Shown piece after piece: positions 36,031-50,234 of a stretch of 64,000 nt of DNA; the stretch's first letter is position 1; each line of letters begins with the position of its first letter. The notes under the pieces are model-generated. The model searched no databases. It worked only from the letters and a program-made list of their open reading frames with translations, and was not told the DNA's origin. Origin of the DNA: the human T2T-CHM13v2.0 reference genome, Homo sapiens; assembly GCF_009914755.1 (NCBI RefSeq), contig NC_060925.1, one strand, 5' to 3'. Made by a program: the position numbers and the translations under genes.

Positions 36031-38124
36031 GGTTTGTTCAATGACTCTTTCCTCTGCTGTGTCCAATTTACTGATAAACTTATTGAACACATTATCTATA
36101 ATCCAATATCATGAGTTTTTTATTTTTAGATTGTTCATTTTACTTTTATACAATATTCATCTCTGTTAAAATTCCCCATCTTTTCATGTAGATTGTCCAT
36201 TTTTTCATTATATTTAAAAACATTTGAAAATTATAATTACTTTAAAGTCCCTGTCTGATAATTCTAACATTTAGGCCATCTCTGAATTTATTCCATTTTC
36301 TCATTTCATGATGGGTCATATTTTCTTATTTTTTTGAATGGATCTCATAATTATTGATTGAATGCAGGATACTTTAAGTAAGTATAGTAGGTAAGGAGGT
36401 AAATAATATTTACTTTATGAAAAATATACTTCTGTGAAGTCATTAGTTACATGATTAAATTAAACTGGTTTGTGATTGAATTGGGTTGGGTTTTGTGATG
36501 GCTTAAATTATGTCCATGCCTCCACAGACTGGCTTCATGTATTTCAAGTGGTGCATTGTTGCTGTATTGTACTTCCCGTAAGGCCTGGAGTGCCAGACAT
36601 ATATCTCAGTTTGCTTGCTCTGGACTCATAATTAGTAAGGTATTCCTCTGTCTCTCTCTCAGTGCTCATTCACTTTCCTCTGCATCAGGCTGCTGTTACG
36701 TCGTGCTTGGTGGAATGTATGCGGGATAAAGAAGAGGGAGGGGAATTCCATTGGGTTTTCTGTCTTTGCCCTCAGACTTAAGCAACCCTTGCTTTCATAA
36801 GCCTCAGAAGGAATCGCTCTTAGCAATCCTCTTCCTCCCCCAGTGGCAGACAGCTGCTGTCTTAGTCACTGCAGGGTCTAGAGCACAGAGGAGTTCCTCT
36901 CAGTTCTCCTTGCTCTGTCCTAAGGCTTAGGCATGCCCCATATACCTGTGATTTACTAGGTGTCTCTCTCAGTGGTTTTGCCCTGCTTTCAATCTTTTTC
37001 ATGAGCTCTCATTTAAGGACCATGAAAGAGCTGATGAATGCTACAGACTCTTCTGTATCCAAGTCTCTCAGGATTCTGATACTGTCATGCCATTCTACAT
37101 GCAGCATTTAGAAGTTTATTAAAACTTCAGCTGTTTTTCTTCTTTCTCATGGCTGGGGTAGCTGCCTTTCTCTCTGGCTATTCTGTCAAAGATAAAACAG
37201 TCATATGTACTGTTTCTCGAGAGAAGCTTGTCACTCTTCAATATTAGTTCATTGAGTTACCTTGTGACATCAGAATTAAGCCCTTACCTTGTTAACTCAT
37301 ACTTACCATTTAAATTTTACCTCAAATTTTATTTCCTAGGTAAGGGCTCCCCTGAGTTTTAGATCATAAGATGCTTTTGCTTTTGCCTTCCACAGCATTT
37401 TGCTTCCATTTCCTGTGTATAAGTTATCATACTTTTACTTTTAAAATGTCTGCAGCTTTCTTGAAGCCAAGCATTATGCCTGTCTCCACTCACTGTTATA
37501 TATCCCAAATCCTAGTGCAGAGCCTGGTATTAATAGGCACTCAAGAAAATATTTGTTGAATTGAATTGAAATTCTCACTTTATTTCCTGGGAGGCATTTT
37601 GAGGTCCCAGCTGAAGGATAAAGGGAGGAGATAATTTCTTTTTTTGATGTGAATGATACAATTTAAATCCTGTGTCCACTAGCAGTGTAAAATAATTATC
37701 ATCTCCTTCCATTTCCAGTATTGCTGGGAAGGCTACATGTCTTTGAAGTTAGGACCATGTTCTCTGCCATTGCATAGGCTTTGTTTTGTGTCCCATCTTC
37801 TCAACTAGTAGCTGATGACCTTGGACAAATTGCTTAATCCCTCAGAATCTCACTTTCCTCACTCATCAAATGAGATAATACCATCCATCTCATTGGGTTG
37901 GTATAAGAATGAATTGAATTAATATGTACAAAGACCTACTGGATATTTAATAAGTACTTACTATTGTGTTTACTCCTTTTTGGTAACTTCTCTGTTTTCT
38001 CAAGAAGGAATGAGAAGGGCTGTCTAAAGAGGAACAGGCAATTATGCATGTCTCCTTCCCCTGCATCCAGTATATTATTAAATGCTTCTTTTCACACTTC
38101 TTTACTTTTCTTGATCTTTCTTAA

Positions 38125-38467
<343 letters not shown>

Positions 38468-41254
38468 AAATGATCCTTAAAGTAAAATATGAGTATATCA
38501 ATATTAATCTACTGAAATTTGATCAGACAAGAACGATTTCATCCACTTTGTGATGGTGCTGATATATAAAGAGGCTGTGAAACTACCCAGAGGCCTGAAT
38601 ATTCTTTGTTTCTAAAATTCCAACATGAAGTTAGGTTTACAGGCACAGAGGGAGTTCTGAGGGTTATGCTTTCTAACTCTAAGGCAAACTCAGAAAACTC
38701 CTCTGCGAGCTGAAGTCTCTATATGCCTTTCCAACCCTTCCTTTGGACTCCTTTTCTTCTCTGAAAATCTTTTTATTGACTGTGGAGTAAGGGTGTCAGG
38801 AATCGAGGAGGGGCTCTGTTTGGGTCTAAGGGTATTCAACTGTGATTTTCTTACGCCAAGAGCATATGTTAATTCCTTAATCACCAATGCCTGATCTAAT
38901 TGGTCCAGTCTCATAGTTTAGCTGCATAAACACAGTTTGGCTACTACCACTTTTAAGCAGTAACTCGCCAATACTGGCAAAGTGACACTACCGTCAGGAG
39001 AAAAGATTGACCATACGGCAGCATCAATCAGAAGTAGTATCATGAGCTCTAAACCAAACCCTCAATCAAACGGGGCAACCAAAGATCAAGGTTAGGTTAC
39101 CAGGCTGGCCTGCGATATAGGTAGCAGATGCAGCAAACTGGAAGAAAATCAAGAATGCAGAGAATCAGATCAAATTTCCAGGACAAAGTTAGGAACATTA
39201 AAGATAAGAGTCAAGTTGCTAAGGCAAGGAGAAGACCACAGAAAATCAGAGCACCGGACAACTGAGGTGAATTATTTAGCTGAGATCAGGAACTCCATAG
39301 GTCAACATCAAGGAGAATGAAAAAGTCTGTTGATTCAGGTTTCAGCCAAGGACTGTGTAGAGTCAAAGAGGTAGGTCACCAGTAAGACTAAGAATGCCTT
39401 GGAGCCCAAAATAGTTGGCTACACCTGGAAGTAGCATTGCCTGCTCCTTACCCTGCCTTGCTTCCAACTTGCCTGTTTCCATGAAGCTTCATGGAAAAGG
39501 AATAGAAGTAAGGCCTTTAAGTACCTGCCTGTCCTACTATACTAATTTCCTTTCCAGTACTATTTTTGTTACAATGGCGAAATGTATAGTGGCCTCCGTA
39601 CAGCCCTTATTTTGCTTCTACTGTCTTACACCCTGAGATCAGACAGATTCCAATGGTAGAGAAAATGGTGATGAAAAGTTCATTGGTTCTCTGCCATACC
39701 CCACCCATCCCATTTCTGATTCCTGCTCTCCCCAGGCAACTCTTTTAGCTGTTTTATTTTTCTGCATTTACCTGCTTATTTCTAAATAATAGGCTTCTAT
39801 GGCTATTTCTGGATATTTTTCAGTTTTAAGTTCTATTGACATTCTTGTCAGCAGGTGTTGACAAGACATAGTTTTAGGTTCTTTTGACATCTTGGTAGGA
39901 ATAATGAAGATTTAGATTTCTTACACCCCTGCCTGCTATCCCCACATCACTTCTCCCATTTTTTCAAGATGTTATATCACAATTTTTGTTAAATTCATAT
40001 TATTTGTAATATTATGATTATATGAACAGTATTTATAGCTGTGCCATGTAGTTATAAAAATTACATTTTTTATTCTTTATAGCTTTTGGTTTTTCCAGGA
40101 ATCAATGAATACCTCCTTTTTGGTTCCTTAATTTTCTACTTATCTATCATAAATACATTCCTCCACTCTGCTAATCTCTACCTGCTATATTCAAAATATC
40201 AGGTTATCTATATGGCCCTTCTTAGAGACCACCATCCTTTTGCTGGATTGGTGATTTTCTAGAAATGCTGCATGCTGCCATTATGGAGATTTCTTTTCAC
40301 TAACATCCTGGGGATTTTAAATATTTTTAAGATGCATTCCCTATTTTCCTGGATCCTGTAGATTCAAAATACTACATGTGCCATAGTCCATTTTTAATCG
40401 CATTCCACCCTTTAATTTTCATAGTATAAGCTTTGGGCTTCAGGGGTCTGCTATTTTTTTTCTCGGTGCTAATGGAATTCCAATTCTCAGCCTTAAACAT
40501 TTCAGGCCTTCCTAAGAGCTGGAGAAAGAAATCTGAGAAAAATCAAGAGGGAAAATATTTTGTCATTTCTTGCATAAAGCAGATAGTCTTCTGCATCATA
40601 AAACTTTCTGAAAAGTGATTTGAAAATATTTAGAAAAGTATCAATTTTATTCTCCTGTCCAGGCTTAAGATTTGTTTAAAGATATATTTACCTAATATGT
40701 TCTTTGTTTAAAAGTGTTCTTAGAAGTATTATCTGTGCAAAGAAATATTTTGGACACCTAAACATTAGAATTTGTTGCTATGACCTATGAAATATAATAG
40801 GTTACTTCATAAAATTTGCAAATCAGACTGGTTGTCATAATAATTTGTTGCACTGACAATCAAATTCAAATGGACGTATTTTTCTGAGGTTGGTTTGTAG
40901 AGCTAGAAAAGTATTATGAATGAGAAACAATCCATGACCCTGTTGTGTACTTTACTCAAACAAAATTATAGGTATTTTGTCTTATTTGGAATTTATACTG
41001 TCATTAATCTTCCTCTTGTTTTACACCCTCTTTCCCGTGTAGCACATTCTTCAGAATTTTCCTCTGAAATGGTGCACAGGAGGTAATTTTTCGGGCCTTC
41101 CTCATGTTGAAAAATGCCATTATTCTCATACTCTACAATCGATCGTTTGGCTGAGTGTTAGCATTTTAGTATTGAAATCATTTTTTTCTCAGAATTTTGA
41201 AAATTTTTCTCTATTGTCTTCTAGCTGCCACTGCTGTCATTTAAGTGCTGATGA

Positions 41255-41945
41255 TCTGAATTGTCATTCTCACATGCATTACTGCAGAAACCTCCTAATT
41301 CCCTGCTGCCACTCTTGCCTTACTATTGGCCATTCTTAACACAGCAGCAGGGTGAGCTTTTTGAAAAAGAAATCAGATCATGCCACTTCTCCACTCCCAA
41401 CTTCGCAATGACTCCCCACCTTGATTATGGTACCTCTCATGCCCTTATAATGGCCTTAAAGACCTCACATGCTGTGAGCCCTGTTACTTCTGTGGTCTCA
41501 TCTCTAGTTTCCTCCCCCATGTTTACTGTGCTCTAGGCACACTGGCTTCCCAGCTGTTCCGTGAACATGTGCGATATGTTACCACCTTTGACACTTGGCA
41601 CTGGCTGCTCCTCGGTCAGAAGGCTCCTCACCCAGACATCTGGAAGACGAACACCTTCACTTCTTTTAAGTCTTTGCTTAAAACATACTTTCTCAAGAGG
41701 ACTATTTTGATTATCCTGTTTAAAATGACATGCCATCTTCTCTTCTCGCTTCAATTTCCCCTTATCCTGATTTGTTTTTTCTTTTTATGTAGCACTTAGC
41801 TTTTAACTAACTGTATTGTTTATGTTTATACCTTGTCTATTATGTAAACTCTAGAAGGGCAGAGATCTTTGTCTATTTTTGTCATGAATATTGTCCCAGT
41901 GCCCAAAGCAGAACACAGTGCACAATAAATGTTTGAATGAATAAA
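41255..41945 (+). mobile_element. L2 3' region
   Basis: Degenerate L2 ending tgtaaactctagaagggcagagatc...aataaatgtttgaatgaataaa. Confidence 0.7.
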
Positions 41946-44900
41946 CTGAAAAGTGATTATTATATTATTCTTCCATGTAATATGACAGAGAAACTTTATT
42001 TTAGTAATATTTCTGGGGCAAAGGTTACTTGCACAATCAAACTTTTCATCGTTTTACTGCCTCCATCTGTTTTTCACAATGTAGATAGAACAATACTTCC
42101 AAGATGTTAACCTGGTGATGTCAGCCCCCTCTCCACCCCTCCTCCACTCTGCTTAAGATACCCTAAGTGGCTTTCTATGTTTTTAGGATTAAGACAGAAT
42201 TCTTTGATATGGCCTATAAAGCCCTGTGTGGATTGCTTCTTGCCTGAGCCATAGAGTTTTCACATAAGCTATTGTCTCTTCTTGGAATGCTCTTTTCTCT
42301 CTCTCTCTCTCTCTCTTCATTAACTACAGGAGCAAAGCCACATTCTAAAAGGGGAGAGAATACAAGTGGAAATAGAGTCTGCCAAGAAGCTTGAGCCAGG
42401 CCCTTTGATTTCTTGGGGAGCAAAGATGAAAAGAAAAAGGCATTGTCCATTCATACTGCTTTCTTTAGCATCTTTTCATCCTAGTATTAACAGCCATTAA
42501 GTCAATGAATTACCTCTTTAAAAAACAGCAACACTATCATATGTAATGGAGGAGTAGCCTTTTTTCACTTCAGTTATGTTTCTAGTTAACTCCTACATAT
42601 TTCTCAGATCTCAGCTGAAGGGTCAATTTCTAAGGGCAGTTTTCTCCAACTTAATTCTGTCCACCTTTGATAGGCTCTCTCAGCATTATGCACCTCCACT
42701 CCTTAGTACTTACTGTAGAGACACATACTTACACATACATGTGTTATCTGGCTAATTTGTATTGCTCCCACTAGACTGTAAGCTTCATGAGGATAAGGGA
42801 ATGAGACTAGCTTTTTTTCTCGATTTCGTCTCTGTTGTCTAGTGCAGTGTCTGGATCATGGGTGATTTTTAAATAAATTCATAGGTATAAAGTAGTCTGT
42901 TTAGGCATCAACTTTTATTATATATTAGATCTAATTCAAGCATAATTGCATAATTCCCCTTGTAATTGCACTAAGCTTTAGGGTTGGCCCTCTCTCCCTC
43001 AGATGCTATGCACTAAATTCTCTGAAGTCATAGCTGATTTGCATGCCCACTCTTCTATTGGTCTTCTTCTTGTTCTTAACAACTGCCTTATGTGGTTCTT
43101 CAAATATAGAATTTTTATTTCTATCATCAAAGCAGAATATTAATCTCATATTATTCTGGTGTCGTATTGGTTAATGCTGACTTGAAATGTAGTTTTAGAG
43201 TTTTACAACTCTAAGAACCAGCAGTTTTCACTGTTTTCTAAAAATGTGTCTGTCGTTTTACATTCCATATACATTCTAAAAATGTATATAAACTTTTGTA
43301 AAATTTCATAAAACTTCTCCGAGTGTACAGAACTTTCATACAACTCAAGAACTGACTATGACTTTCAGGCCTCAATAAAAACTTACACGGTCTAGGTAAA
43401 AGAAGTGTAGGAGATGAGGATGGGAATAAGAAATGAGTGATGGCAAAACGAAAAGCAGGATAAGGCCACAGTGGATGAGCAAAGTGAAGCCAGGAATTTT
43501 TTTCACACTAGACTTCTTGTCTTTATTCCAGAGAATATGTAGAGGTGTAAAAAAATTTATTGTCTTCTGATATTTGGCTTATGACACTTGGTTTCAAGAT
43601 TCATTTTAGTTTTGAGAGGAATGAATTCTCTGTATAATGATCATCCTGCTGGCCTAGTCAGTAAATCTAGTTGTTTTTCTATCAGAGATGATGGATTTGC
43701 TGTGATCCAGCTACAATCTGTTACCCAGTCCAGCTACTGGCAGGTTTCATGGATTTGTAAAAGAGATGAGTCAATTAGGAATCCAGCCTATAGTTATGAA
43801 GTGGAACAAAAGTTAGTAGGCTTCATTTGGCTTCAAATGTAAGTCTGTCATGCTTATTCTCCTGACACCCTGAATAGATGTGTATAAATGCAAATATAGA
43901 GATGAGCTATTTTAAATTATGTCCCCTAAACCAGCCAATGTTCATAACTGCACAAAACACACATGCCTGCCAAAGTACTATTAAAATCAGCCTGAAAAAA
44001 TGACCCAAGGGAGTCAAGTAGTTTATGAGTTTGGCTGTCACTAGATATTTAATTCATTTGAAGCACCCTTTATAACTGGAATGATAGGAGATGTCATAAT
44101 GATCCAGAGATCTTGATAGATGCACCAAGAGTAAACGAGGGATAGCTTTTCAGCCTCACTTCATTATTGTCTGGCTTTCATCAGTGAGCCAGAGCCTGAG
44201 AGCCAGAGCTTGAGTGGCCCATTGAGTCTCTGCAGAGAAGGATGAGTCGGTGAAGTTCCAGATGTTACCCTTGCCTAAAGTTGGCATTTCCTAGTAATGT
44301 TTCTGTGCTATGTGTGCAACTTAGTTGCTGATGTCACCAGTGACAAAAATTTATATAATCATTCATTTGGACATGGTTGAACAGGAAAAATAAAAACACA
44401 CTAAAACAAATATGCTCAACCCTAACATCAATCGAAAGACAACTGCGGTTAAAAACAAAAGGAAACACAAAACATACTTGGCCTGATAAGTCGTTCTATG
44501 TGAAAAAAGAGGATTGTCCAAGACATAAATCATGGCAACTTCCCTCTGCAGTAAGCACTTTTTTCCCCTCAGAATTATCATTTTATAATCGGAAAAGCCC
44601 TAGAGTTTAAAGTATGCCTCGTACAAATGTCACTTCCAAGCTTCAGTGCTAATCCAGAGGAAATATTATCCTAGTGGTCTCCAAGGCCCAATGTCTAAGT
44701 GTTGGATACATGATAAACTTACGTGGAGCTTTCTTAGTGAGATATAGTCCTCCAGAGGATTGAATTTTTCAAGGCCTAGTACAACCCAACCCTTTAAAAT
44801 AAGATTTAAGCTTCCCTTGTCAGGTTCTTTTAAGAGCTTTTTAAATTTTTTTTATTTGCTGCTTTGACCAGGTTCTAATCCCTAGTCCCCAGTGACAACC

Positions 44901-45561
44901 TTTGGCCATCTCAACCATTTCATGTCTGGTTTCCCATGCCTGGGGCAGCTTGCACAATTAAAGGTATTTTTTTCCCGCTCCCACAGAAGAGCCTCATGGA
45001 AATAATTTAAGATAGAAAATCTAACTCTTTTTTTAAACTAAAATAAGACTTTCTTGCTACTTTATGGGTAGTATTACAGATTTTTAATCATTTTTTCCAT
45101 TCTATAGGCAGCTTTCTTGAATACAATAAATAATGACAGAATAGCAGGTATTGGAAATAAGAAGTGGATCTACCAATTTGAACTCTCCAAAGCACAGCTA
45201 CAATATAAGTTTACTGCGCATAGACAAATGGCTTCCAAAGGTTTCCAAGAGGTCTAGGAGGGGGTTACGGTATGTCGCTTGATTGAGTGTCTGCTTTTAA
45301 AAAAAAAATAGGTAAAGAAACAGGCAAACACTCCCTATGCAGTTGGACCCACGTAGGGTGAAGCGAGGCCTGGTGGTCTGTATGAGCCTGTCGGTAAAGC
45401 CTGTTTGCACTATTTTTCATACTGCTCTTTCATTCTAAGCTGAAAGTCTACTTAAATGCCCACTTTGTCACAAATGCACATTAAGTTTATTAAGCAAGAA
45501 TTACCCATTTGTATTCTTGACAATGATTTTTACCAAAACCTACACATGGGAATATACTTTG

Positions 45562-45872
<311 letters not shown>

Positions 45873-46134
45873 AGGAATGTATTTTGATGATTTTATCTTA
45901 AATTTAATTTTGCTAAGTTTGGCCTATTATTTTAGCCTTCTAAATCTATCATCCTGGGTAGTAGGTTGGGGTCATCCTGATTCAACTATCAACATATTAC
46001 TTTTGTTTCAGCCTTGTTTTAGCTACCAATTATAGAAACCTTTGGTCTATATCTTCTTAAGGTCATTAATAAAAATGTCAGTAGGTTTTAGCCAAGGCAG
46101 AAGTTTATCCCTGAAGATCCTGGAGATAAACTAC

Positions 46135-46605
46135 TGTCAAAGAAAAATCAGAGCCTACAGTATTAAAGTGGTAAAACCGGATTTTGGTTCAAGACTATTG
46201 CAATAGGGAAAAAGAGACTGGAGTATAGAACTGGGCTCAACTCCAAATACAGCTGGGCAAGTGGGAATTTATAGCTAAGAAGCAGGGTGTGAGGCAGTGG
46301 ATAGAAAATTACTCTGAAGGAAGCATCAAGGGTAAGAGGAGATTCTGGCTCAACTGACTTGACAGGATTCTTGCTGGAGACAGGCCACTGTGATAAGATC
46401 CTGAAGGTGGAGGATGCAAAATTTGGTCAGATATTGAAGGTGACCAGATACTGAGGGTAAGGATTCTCTCTACACTAACTTAACAAAATTTTTGCTGAAA
46501 CTGGACTCTACAGAGACAGAGAGAGAAGCCAAAATTTGGACCTCATTGATTAGAAGACTCAGAGGTGCCTATTAAAGTTTGGTAAAGTGGGATGGTGTCT
46601 TGTCA
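46135..46605 (-). mobile_element. ERV1 3' LTR (MER31/MER67-like)
   Basis: On the minus strand a polypurine tract AAGAGGAGGGAC is followed by TGACAAGAC...ACCAAACTTT; TG...CA termini. Confidence 0.75.
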
Positions 46606-47380
46606 GTCCCTCCTCTTGTTCAAGTAAAGAAAAGGCATTCTTTTATCCTCTCAAAAATCTACATCTGCTTCTGGAGGCTCTCGGTAGAACCTCAGTTTGA
46701 GGTCTCCAGTTGGAATACTTTTCTAGTCTAAATAGCTTTTCTATTTCTTTAGTTGTGAAACATGAACCCAATGTTGAATACCATATATTTGATAGCAGTG
46801 TTAGCAATGAGTAAAACAGTATAAGGTCACTTCCTTCTGGGCTCAAGATTAGTTTTCTGATGCTAGTGTTTTTAGAATACCAGATTGCTTACTTGTAAAT
46901 CAGGAAGGACAATCAGGAAGTTATAAGGGGAGGGAAGCCTTGAATTGTTGGTTATAGGATTGAGTATATAGTTTTTATTGATCCTTGATGTATCTAAAGA
47001 TGCCAGATTAAGTCAAGTTAGAGCCCCACACTAGCTGAGATGCATAAGGCATCCTCATGGATCTTCCCATGATAATTTCAAAAGTGAACACCTTATGTGG
47101 AGGTGAAGGTGTAAGAGTCATAAGATCAATGGAAAGCACTTGTGGTCATGGAAAGTCCAATTTTTCAGATGGTTTAGCCAATTTGGTCTTGAGAATGCTG
47201 TTGGCTTTTTCTATGGTTCCTAATGACTGAGGGCGGTAAGAGCAGTGTAGTCTTTGACAAATGTGTGTTTCTTTTCCAATTTTTTGTATAATTTTACCAA
47301 TAAATTGTGATCTCTATCTCTAGAGATGGGAGAGGGGATACTCCAGATGGGGAAAATTTATCCTAGGAAAACTCCACTGA
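46606..47380 (-). mobile_element. ERV internal remnant with integrase core motif
   Basis: Minus-strand translation near 47170-47255 gives RLHCSYRPQSLGTIEKANSILKTKLAK, the retroviral integrase H.YRPQS.G..E..N motif. Confidence 0.7.
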
Positions 47381-47735
47381 GTCAACAAAGAAACAATGGA
47401 TTTAAATATATCCAACAACTGCAGAATATACGTTCTATTCATCAGCTCATGGAACATTCTCCAAGATAGACCATATAATAGAAGCAAAAAAGAGTCCACA
47501 TAGCCAAAGCAAAACTAAGCAAAAATAACAAATCTGAAGGCATCACACAAGGCCATAATCACCAAAACAACATGGTACTGGTATAAAAATAGGCACATGG
47601 ACCAAGGGAACAGAATAAAGAACCCAGAAATAAACCCAAATACTTGCAGCCAACTGATCTTTGACAAAGCAAATAAAAACATAAAATAGGGAAAGGACAC
47701 CCCTCTCAACAAATGGTGCTGGGATAATTGGCAAG
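47381..47735 (+). mobile_element. Composite L1PB-like ORF2 fragment with internal deletions
   Basis: Endonuclease-region sequence (catggaacattctccaagatagaccat) directly joined to C-terminal ORF2 sequence (gcaaaactaagcaaaaa...aaatggtgctgggataattggcaag). Confidence 0.8.
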
Positions 47736-48035
47736 TTAGTGTCATTGTCTCAGCAAGAAAATAACATTTTATTTTTCATTGAGTCTAACGGAACTCTACC
47801 ATGTATGAGAGTGGCTCAATCATTTGCTGAGTTAGAAAGCAGGCACACCACAATTCCTTAAAAGAAAAGTGTTCTCTAGGAAAGAAAAAAAAATGCTTGG
47901 ATAATGCAAGTTATAGATAAATATAGCCTTGGCTGGAAATCTTATCTCACTTTCCAGTCTTGAATGACTCCTGCCAGAATTTTTATCTGAGCCTAATCTT
48001 TAGTAAGTGAATTAGAGAAGCGGAAGACTTCAACC

Positions 48036-48225
48036 TCCCTTCCTTCCTTCCGTCCTTCCTTCCTTCTTTCCTTCCTTCCTTCCTTCTTTCCTTCCTTTCT
48101 CCCTCTTTTCTTCTCTTTTCTGTCTTCCCTCCTTCCTCTTTCTCTCTCTTTTCTTTCTTTCTTTCTTTTTCTTTTGTTTATTATTCTTTCTTTTCTTTTT
48201 TCTTCTTTCTTTTTTGCCTTTTCCA
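48036..48225. repeat. Polypyrimidine (TTCC)n/(TTTC)n low-complexity tract
   Basis: Directly visible. Confidence 0.95.
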
Positions 48226-49755
48226 AGATCTTTGCAAATACAAGCTCTCTATAATAGGGTAATAATTATTACCCTAGTATATAAGTTGTGATGGTGGAAG
48301 GGCAGAAAAGGATGAGAAAACTGTTGTGTCACATATTTGATATGCAATGTGAAATCATTGAAGGGTTTTAAACAGGTGAGTAAAAAATTTCTGATTTGTA
48401 GGTATTACAACAAGATCATAGTTTGCAGCTTACAAAATATTAATTTTTATATTATTGTGAGTTATTTCTAGATGTAAAGATTAGCTTTCTTAAGGCATCT
48501 TCTAAAGGCTGACACCCAGAAAAGGAATTGAATTCTTAAAAGTTCCATGTACACTACTATGGTGCAGTTTTTAAGGCAGTCAATTCTAGCCAACCATAAG
48601 CTTGAACCCCGGTCTTCAGGCATGCACAGGGTAGGGCTGTGTCTTCCCAATTATGAACAATGATCAGGCAAATCCTGCAGCAAACTTACTACATCATACA
48701 GCTGCAACCACCTAACTAAGACCACAGCTTTCAGATTATGGCAGAGGAAGAGCTGGTGTTATCTCCAAGTCAAAAAATTAAGCTGAAATCAAGGTTCTGC
48801 AATGTCATATAGTCATTTTGTCCTGGTCCTTCATCAAGCCAGAACATGAGCAGCTGCTTCCCTAATCATGCAGCTTAAGATATCCCCAACCCAAGGGTCA
48901 GGGTGTCTCTCCCAGTATATAACATCCAGCTCTGACAGGTGGCTGTGCCCTGCTCTAGAATGAATGGATAATGGGAAATTGTATGCCTGCTACTGACTCT
49001 GTTTCTGTGCATTTTATTTAATGAGCACTGCTCTAGGAGGTCTCGTATAAATGACATTTGGCCATTTGCCTTCGCTTGCATGACTATTTCATACAAACAA
49101 CTATCTTAATATACAAAAAGCTAATAAGGTGAATATATTTGCACCCACAGCTTAGCTGAAGATTTAAACATTGCCAGTACTATCAAAGTTTCCTGGCATT
49201 CCATTCCAGATGTATCCTCTCCTTATCTCTCAGGATTGATCCCTGTACTGATCATTGTATTTACTCTTCCCCTAAAATCATACTGCTTAGTTTAGTGTGT
49301 GTTTGAAGTTTATATGCCTAGAAATATACAGTAAATATATTTTTGCAATTTGCTTTTCACACAACATTGTGTTTATGAGATTCATCCATATTTATGGGGA
49401 AGAGTAGTAGCAGATATTTTCAAGCACACAAGATAAGGACAAAGCTAAGGTCTGATTCAGCCAGTTAAGACACAATGAGTTATTTTTAGATTCAGGCAGT
49501 TTGTTATTTCCATGGAGAGTGAAATAAAGAGTAGCCAAAGATGCCAGGTAGATGCATCCCTGTCCTATGCACCCAAAATTATGCTAGTAAAACAAAAGGG
49601 GCTGAATGGCTGCCCATAGGAGTTGCAGGATACTCCATTACTAAGATGCAATTCTAGACTGGAGCTAAGTGGTTTTGTAGCCTGATGCCATACCTTGCAG
49701 AAAGCCTCATATTTCATCAGTATCTGGGAAGTGGTAAGAAACTGTCCCATGCAAG

Positions 49756-50234
49756 ACAAATGCACACTTATGTTTATTGCAGCACTGTTCACAATAACAA
49801 AGACTTGGAAGCAACCCAAATGCCCATCAATGATAGACTGGATAAAGAAAATGTGGCACATATATACCATGGAATACTATGCAGCCATAAAAATGGATGA
49901 GTTCATGTCCTTTGCAGGAACATGGATGAAGCTGGAAACCATAATTCTCAGCAAGCTAACACAGGAACAGGAAACCAAACACCGCATGTTCTCACTCACA
50001 AGTGGGAGTTGAATCAATGAGAACACATGGACACAGGGAGGGGAACATCACACACTAGGGTCTGTCAGGGGGTGGGGGGCTAGGGGAGGGATAGCGTTAG
50101 GAGAAATACCTAATGTAGGTGATGGGTTGATGAGTGCAGCAAACCACCATGGCACATGCATACCTATGTAACAAACCTGCACATTCTGCATGTGTATCCC
50201 AGACCTTAAAGTTAAAAAAAAAAAAAGAAAGAAA
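49756..50234 (+). mobile_element. 5'-truncated L1PA8-like 3' end
   Basis: 20-bp TSD AAGAAACTGT(C/G)CCATGCAAG at 49736-49755 and 50235-50254; poly(A) tail. Confidence 0.93.

Noticed and set aside
47993-48226. Lys/Arg/Glu-rich 77-aa ORF
   Set aside because: Translation of a purine-rich microsatellite strand.
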